Sequence record: SRR22947727_4895 | DNA: 64,000 nucleotides | Reading direction: 5' to 3' (one strand) | Shown: piece by piece, positions 58,615 through 64,000 of the stretch | Layout of the letters: the number at the start of each line of letters is the position of its first letter | How positions within the stretch are numbered: the stretch's first letter is position 1 | Position numbers and translations under genes: made by a program | Notes under the pieces: model-generated | The model's database searches: none | The model's input: the letters and a program-made list of their open reading frames with translations, nothing else | Told to the model about the DNA's origin: nothing

Positions 58615-61299
58615 TTACTCGGGAACGCCGTGGCTGAAGGGGGTCTCGCGACGTTTGGGGCCGAAGACGCGCTTTCCGAATTTCTTCAGAAATCCGCGTT
58701 TTTCTTCTTCAACCTCTTCCTCAACATGCTGAACGGTGGGAACTCCGGGCTCCGGGAAAACCGCGGCGGCGTCTTCTCCAATTTTCGAGCGAACGTCTTC
58801 GTCGGCGCTTGCTTCATAGGTTTCTTCATCAGTGATCACCACGATTGGCTGAATAAAAATCATCAGCTCAGTTCGAACTTTTGTGGTTTTTTTGTTTTTG
58901 AGACCGGCCCCGATAATGGGAATGTTTTTCAAAAACGGGATTCCGCTGTCGATAATTTCATCGCGCTCAGAAATCAAACCGCCCAGAACGATGGTGGAAC
59001 GATTCGGAATCGTGACGGTCGTATTGAGCTCCTGTTTTCCGATGATCGGCACCTCATTGTTTGCCACGATTTGGGTTCCAACCACACGGTCATTGATCTG
59101 AACGATATCGAGAGTCACTTTTTTGTCCTTATTGATGGTCGGCAGTACCTCAAGTTTTAGAACCACCTCTTTAAATTCAATCGAAGTCTGAACAGCGTTG
59201 ATGTTGTTCGTATCGCTCAAGCTGGTCGCTGGAACGGGCACTTCCTGACCGGATGTGATCTCAGCGCGTTTGCCGTTTTGAGTGTAAATAACGGGCCTCG
59301 AAAGGACTTTAAACCGGTTGGTGGCTTCCAGCGCGGTGACGAGCGCGTCGACGTTTTCGCCGATCTGACCGTACAAATTCAATCCTGCGGCGGGACCAAA
59401 TGGCGATGTCACTAGCAAATCACGAACGTCAGCGATGTTGCCCGTCGTGTTGGTTTGGCCAATAATATCGCTCCGACCATTGATGTTTCCTGAGGTGATT
59501 CCACCGGCATTGGGATCCTGACTGTCGAAATTGATGAAACGCTGAATGTAGTCGATTCCAAATTCCGTGTCGTCACTTAGCGTCAGTTCGCCGATGATGG
59601 TCGCGAGATAAACCTGAGGCTGCTGGCGATCCAATCGATCGACAATATCGGTTACGATTTTCTGATTCTCCGGCGAACCGATGATGATGATGGTGTTCGA
59701 TAGGCGGTCTGCGATGAGTCGAGTTTTTCCGACTAAAACGGAGATCGGGGCGACGTCATCGACAGGAAAAGCGATTTGGTCGGTGCGTCCGCCCACTTCG
59801 GAATCAGCTCCGGCATCGACATTTCGGTTTTGATTGTTGGCTGCGCCACTTGTTGCCCCTGTGAGCGTTGCCAGTTGAGAGGATGTCACTGGAGTTGGGC
59901 GAGTGTCGATTTGACGACCACCCGGCAACTGAGTTTGGCCGGTTCCGGTATCTTGGAGAACGTCGACAATCACGGGAAGAATATCTATCACTTTCGCGTG
60001 CTCCAAGGGACGTTCCAGTGGAGTGATGGACTCCAGAGGCTGATCGAATTGCCCGATCATATCCAGAATATAGGCAACATCTGTTGGCGAAGCGACGACC
60101 ATGATTCGGTTTAAGCGATCATCAGGAATGAGCTGTGCCGCTGGCTGGTCGGCCGTTCCAACTCCATTGGAAGATGAATTTCCGTTTGGCGTAGATTTTG
60201 GCTGAGGCTTTTTCGGGTCCACTTTCTGACCGCTAATTGTTTTTCCGGATTCACTCTGACGCTCGCGTTCTTCCATTCGCGCATCCATTGCGGCCTGAAT
60301 AATCTGGGCGACCACATTGGCCTGGGCGTATTCGAGGTGAATAAATTGAGTCAGCAATGGCGCGTCTTCCGTCGGCATATCGATGATTTGCGCCAGCCGG
60401 ATCAATTGACGGACGATCGGAGTGGTTTCAGTGATCAAAAGACCTGAAGGACTCGAAACCGGAGTGATTCGTCCGAAGTCATTGAGCACCACATGGTTTC
60501 CAAAAATGGTGGCCGCTTCCTCTGGGCTGATAAATTCCAACTCGAGGAAGAAACCGACGAGGGAATCGCCATTTGGAAGGGCGTTCGGATCGGTATAGAT
60601 GACAACGCCTTCTGAAAACGATGCGCTTTGTCCGGGAGCACGTGCTCCTCCAAGGAGAACCTTCACGCTATCAGCATCGGGCTCAGCCACAAGAACGTAG
60701 CCGTTGACGAGCAATGCGGCTTCTATCAGTCGAATGGCTTCGTCGCGCGGCACGTCGGTTGGAGTAACCAGACTCACTTGAGGCCCTTCAAATACCGTGC
60801 TGTCTTTAACAATCGGCTTCCCGATGAGACGTTCGTAGATTGAGAGGATGTCATTCACCGGGTTTAAAGGAAACTGAAGCGTTACCCGATCTCCCTGAAT
60901 GGCCGCGCCGTTTCCGGCTGCAACCGGCGGGCCGGTAGGAGCTCCAGGAAGGGGGCCTCCAGGAACGGTTGGTCTTTCGGGAATATTACCAGGTGCGGGT
61001 GCCGGCGCTGCTGGAGTCGTTGGCGCGGCCGGAACGGCTGGTGTCTTCGGCGCAGGAGCTTGGTTTTGAGCCAAAAGCGGTACTTTTTCACCGGATGCCA
61101 CTTTTTGAGTCTTTGAAAACAAATTCAGTCGTTTCTGCTTTTTGGCTGCGTCTCCACCACCCTGGCCAAGAGCCGCGAAGGGAGTTCCAAAAGTCAGAGA
61201 GAAAAAAAGCGGAATCACTACAGCGATTTGCCGTAGAGATACAGATTGATCGACTGCCCCACCTTTACGGCGTGGCCTTGCGCCTGCGTTTTGTTTCAT
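58615..61299 (-). CDS. gspD: Type II secretion secretin GspD
   Basis: Pro-rich N-terminal linker, N0/N domains (D.R.N.I.V), and secretin domain LD...PQV, LS.P, G..VP, T..LGGLI, GIP.L..IP..G, TEL.IFI.P. Confidence 0.9.
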   Translation of the reverse strand: MKQNAGARPRRKGGAVDQSVSLRQIAVVIPLFFSLTFGTPFAALGQGGGDAAKKQKRLNLFSKTQKVASGEKVPLLAQNQAPAPKTPAVPAAPTTPAAPAPAPGNIPERPTVPGGPLPGAPTGPPVAAGNGAAIQGDRVTLQFPLNPVNDILSIYERLIGKPIVKDSTVFEGPQVSLVTPTDVPRDEAIRLIEAALLVNGYVLVAEPDADSVKVLLGGARAPGQSASFSEGVVIYTDPNALPNGDSLVGFFLELEFISPEEAATIFGNHVVLNDFGRITPVSSPSGLLITETTPIVRQLIRLAQIIDMPTEDAPLLTQFIHLEYAQANVVAQIIQAAMDARMEERERQSESGKTISGQKVDPKKPQPKSTPNGNSSSNGVGTADQPAAQLIPDDRLNRIMVVASPTDVAYILDMIGQFDQPLESITPLERPLEHAKVIDILPVIVDVLQDTGTGQTQLPGGRQIDTRPTPVTSSQLATLTGATSGAANNQNRNVDAGADSEVGGRTDQIAFPVDDVAPISVLVGKTRLIADRLSNTIIIIGSPENQKIVTDIVDRLDRQQPQVYLATIIGELTLSDDTEFGIDYIQRFINFDSQDPNAGGITSGNINGRSDIIGQTNTTGNIADVRDLLVTSPFGPAAGLNLYGQIGENVDALVTALEATNRFKVLSRPVIYTQNGKRAEITSGQEVPVPATSLSDTNNINAVQTSIEFKEVVLKLEVLPTINKDKKVTLDIVQINDRVVGTQIVANNEVPIIGKQELNTTVTIPNRSTIVLGGLISERDEIIDSGIPFLKNIPIIGAGLKNKKTTKVRTELMIFIQPIVVITDEETYEASADEDVRSKIGEDAAAVFPEPGVPTVQHVEEEVEEEKRGFLKKFGKRVFGPKRRETPFSHGVPE

Positions 61300-61415
61300 G
61301 ATGTGTTTCGTTGTCCTGCACAAACCGGTGTTTTAAGGCGATTTGTGATAAAAATTAGTAAGATGTCAGGTGTAGAACGGGAAGGGAAGTCTGACAAGAA
61401 ATCTTCTGGAATTGC

Positions 61416-62069
61416 TTAATTTTTCTTCAGCATTTTCTCCATCGATTTTTTCATCAACTCTCCTCTTTCTTCCTTGCTCATGTCTGGTTTTTTTTCCCGG
61501 AGCTCCATCATCTTCTGGAAAAGTTTGCCTCGTTGTTCTTCTGAAAGCGACATCATTTTTTCCCGCATTTCGGGATCTGATCCACCACGTCCACGACCGC
61601 CATTGTCTTTCCTATCAGTCTTTTCAGCGCCCTTTTCCGGTTCAGGGGCGCCTGATGCACCCAATGCTCCAGCTGGTTTTCCCTCGCCGCTTTTGAGCTT
61701 CATATTGTCATAACGCACTTTCACGGTGTCGGAGCCATCGACTGAGATAGTGGCGGTGATGGTTTCCAGATCGAGATCTCCATCTAATTCCACCATTTTC
61801 CAGCCCTGGGCGTTCGGCTGATTCGAAACCACATAGCTTTGTTTTGTGTTTCGATCAACCAACGTGGCGAGCGCTGTTGCATCAATCACCGCGATTCCTT
61901 TCAAAATAAGGGAATCAGACAAATTTACCGACCTCAAGAAAGGAGAGTTTTCGAGAATGTCACTGAAATGCTCTTTCAGAACAGGTGCGGGAATCCCACT
62001 AGAATCCTGCGCAAAACCATGAAAAGCCATGGAAATAACGATCAGTGTAATTAGAGGGATTCGGAACAT
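61416..62069 (-). CDS. GspC-like exported protein upstream of the secretin
   Basis: Signal peptide and ENSPF...L.L.GI......ATLV; similar to 18582-19289; charged helical C-terminus. Confidence 0.5.
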   Translation of the reverse strand: MFRIPLITLIVISMAFHGFAQDSSGIPAPVLKEHFSDILENSPFLRSVNLSDSLILKGIAVIDATALATLVDRNTKQSYVVSNQPNAQGWKMVELDGDLDLETITATISVDGSDTVKVRYDNMKLKSGEGKPAGALGASGAPEPEKGAEKTDRKDNGGRGRGGSDPEMREKMMSLSEEQRGKLFQKMMELREKKPDMSKEERGELMKKSMEKMLKKN

Positions 62070-62247
62070 GTCAGGATGAAACGGTCTGGCATTGTAACTC
62101 CGCAGATCGTGCGAAGTTTCGAGAAAATTTTATGAGGCCCGACGAGTGCGATTAAAAACGAACCTGATTCGGAATCCCTCAAATGCGTCCCGAGAAATGT
62201 AAAATTTGCTCTAGCAAGCCCCGCAAAACGGTCTATTATTTATTCGT

Positions 62248-62266
62248 GTTGAGAATCAGTCTCAAT
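62248..62266. promoter_or_regulatory. Fur-box-like operator upstream of the feo operon
   Basis: gTTGAGAatcagTCTCAAt inverted repeat resembling the 7-1-7 Fur consensus, directly upstream of iron-uptake genes. Confidence 0.75.
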
Positions 62267-62279
62267 AAAGGGCTTTCAA

Positions 62280-62558
62280 ATGAGATTACGTCGCAGTAGC
62301 AAAATTGCAGTTTCCGGTACCCCAGGTGCAGCGGAGGCAGTGCCGCTTTTGAAGTGGCCCCGCGGTTTAGTTGGCTGCGTGCTCCGTCTTGAAGGCAACG
62401 ATGAATTCAAAAACCGGTTGCGTGAAATGGGGCTCTGCGAATCAGCAGAAGTCAGCGTTTTGCAGGTGAACGGATCCGTTCTCTGTCAGGTTCAGGGATC
62501 GCGTTTCGGATTGAGCCGTTCTGCTGCGGAAGCCGTGATTATCGGGGGAATGGCCTAA
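62280..62558 (+). CDS. feoA: Ferrous iron transport protein A
   Basis: RLREMGL...A.V.V and GSRFGL...A motifs; true start may be downstream (e.g. GTG 62340). Confidence 0.85.
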   Translation: MRLRRSSKIAVSGTPGAAEAVPLLKWPRGLVGCVLRLEGNDEFKNRLREMGLCESAEVSVLQVNGSVLCQVQGSRFGLSRSAAEAVIIGGMA

Positions 62559-62575
62559 CTTACAGACGTTCTGAC

Positions 62576-62815
62576 ATGACTCTTGCAGATCTCCAGCCCG
62601 ATGACGTGGCAATCATTGAAGAAGTTCAAAACGGAGAAATGAGTGGCAAAGCAATGCGGCGATTTCGTGAAATGGGTCTGATGAAAGGCGCAGAAATCAA
62701 ACTGGTGCGTCGAGCCCCGTTGAACGATCCGATCGAAATTTCTGTGCTGGGCGCATTATTTTCAATTCGTGGGGAAAATGCGAAACACATTCTGGTTTCC
62801 AAAAAAGAAGCTTAA
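62576..62815 (+). CDS. feoA: Ferrous iron transport protein A
   Basis: MTLADL, EMGL..G and R.APL.DP motifs. Confidence 0.92.
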   Translation: MTLADLQPDDVAIIEEVQNGEMSGKAMRRFREMGLMKGAEIKLVRRAPLNDPIEISVLGALFSIRGENAKHILVSKKEA

Positions 62816-62824
62816 CAAATCGAA

Positions 62825-64000
62825 ATGGCGGATCAAAAATCGGGTCAGGGGAAGCAGCGGACATTCGCGTTGGTGGGGAATCCCAATTCAGGAAAAACCA
62901 CGCTCTTTAACGCACTGACCGGGCTTCGCCAAAAAGTAGGGAATTATCCTGGCGTCACCGTCGAGCGAAAAGAAGGCGTCGCTATTGGTCAGCATGGTGA
63001 AAAACTCGCAATCATCGATCTGCCGGGCGCATACAGCCTTGAACCGGCTTCTCCGGACGAAGCAATTTTACGCGCTGTTTTGACTGGTAAACGAGCCGAT
63101 ACACCGCTGCCGGATGCTGTGATTTGTGTGGTTGATGCAAGCAATGCCGAGCGCCACCTCTATCTGGCAACTCAGATTTTAGAGCTTGGATTGCCGACGG
63201 TGATCGTGCTGAACATGACCGATGTCGCTGAAGGGCGAAACATTCGGCTGGATCCTGAAATCATGAGCGAACGCCTCGGTGTGCCGGTGATTCCGATGCA
63301 GGCGAATGCGCGAATTGGTTTGCCGGAGCTCCGGATCGCGATGAGCTCAGGCGACTTGAAGCCGAGCAGTCATAAAGTCCCGGTTCCAACGGAATTACAG
63401 AATTTGGTCGAAAAAGCCAGCCTCGATCCTGACGAAAAAGCGGGTTCGGGATTGGAAATGGAGCCATCGGATGCAGAGCGTGAGATTTGGGCCGAGCAAC
63501 TCATTTCCGCCCGCTACGAGGCCGTTCAAAAACTGGTCGATGACGCGGTTGATCGTTCGAATTCACCATCTGAAACGTCGACCGACCGGCTGGATTCGTG
63601 GCTGCTACATCGATTCCTCGGGCCAATCATTTTGATCAGCGTTCTCGGTTTTGTTTTCTATACCATTTTCGCCTGGGCAGGGATTCCGATGGATGCGATC
63701 GATGGAAGTTTCGGTTGGCTTGGCGACACCGTAAAAAACCTCATGCCCGAAGGAGATTTGCGTGATCTGATCACTGACGGCATCATTGGTGGCGTCGGGG
63801 GAGTTGTTATCTTCCTTCCCCAAATTCTGATCCTGTTTTTCTTCATCGGTTTGATGGAAGACACCGGTTACCTCTCGCGAGTGGCCTTCATCATGGATCG
63901 GGTCATGGCAAAAGTCGGGCTCAATGGCCGTGCCTTCATTCCAATTTTGAGCAGCTACGCCTGCGCCGTGCCCGCCATCATGGGAACACGGACGATTGAA
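62825..64000 (+). CDS. feoB: Ferrous iron transport protein B (3' end outside the window)
   Basis: My translation gives GNPNSGKT, NYPGVTVE, DLPG.YSL, LNMTD, GII.GVG.V..FLPQI, EDTGY..R.AF..D and CAVPAIM.TR, with the frame open to the edge. Confidence 0.95.
   Translation, partial: MADQKSGQGKQRTFALVGNPNSGKTTLFNALTGLRQKVGNYPGVTVERKEGVAIGQHGEKLAIIDLPGAYSLEPASPDEAILRAVLTGKRADTPLPDAVICVVDASNAERHLYLATQILELGLPTVIVLNMTDVAEGRNIRLDPEIMSERLGVPVIPMQANARIGLPELRIAMSSGDLKPSSHKVPVPTELQNLVEKASLDPDEKAGSGLEMEPSDAEREIWAEQLISARYEAVQKLVDDAVDRSNSPSETSTDRLDSWLLHRFLGPIILISVLGFVFYTIFAWAGIPMDAIDGSFGWLGDTVKNLMPEGDLRDLITDGIIGGVGGVVIFLPQILILFFFIGLMEDTGYLSRVAFIMDRVMAKVGLNGRAFIPILSSYACAVPAIMGTRTIE

Overview
Gene-dense bacterial chromosomal window, most likely Verrucomicrobiota (PVC superphylum). 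This is inferred from the MurC-MurB fusion, a DUF1592/PSCyt cytochrome protein, several PQQ-like beta-propellers and Tat-exported oxidoreductases. Housekeeping and envelope genes include folD, murC-murB, hflK/hflC, recQ, secA, an Hsp70 paralogue, an S66 LD-carboxypeptidase, feoA-feoA-feoB behind Fur-like boxes, a Gld-type ABC cluster and several glycosyltransferases. A type II secretion-like system is split into two loci: pseudopilins/GspK/L/M/C-like at 14.8-19.3 kb, and the GspD secretin with a second GspC-like gene at 58.6-62.1 kb. There are two decayed genes, a sulfatase C-terminal remnant and a hemolysin-III pseudogene carrying a (TCACCAC)5 expansion. I recognised no rRNA, tRNA, CRISPR array or transposase. 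The most striking signal is a dispersed ~45-bp repeat at 12 loci, built from two ~22-bp modules (consensus about CGAACANACCCTRTTGRTTCG) that occur either head-to-head (hairpin) or head-to-tail. One copy sits exactly in frame inside the Hsp70 nucleotide-binding domain and appears to replace native codons. One lies in the open frame of the LMF gene and one supplies a gene's stop codon. Two copies carry the same ~95-bp cassette inserted at the same position. All product calls come from motif recognition by eye, not database searches.
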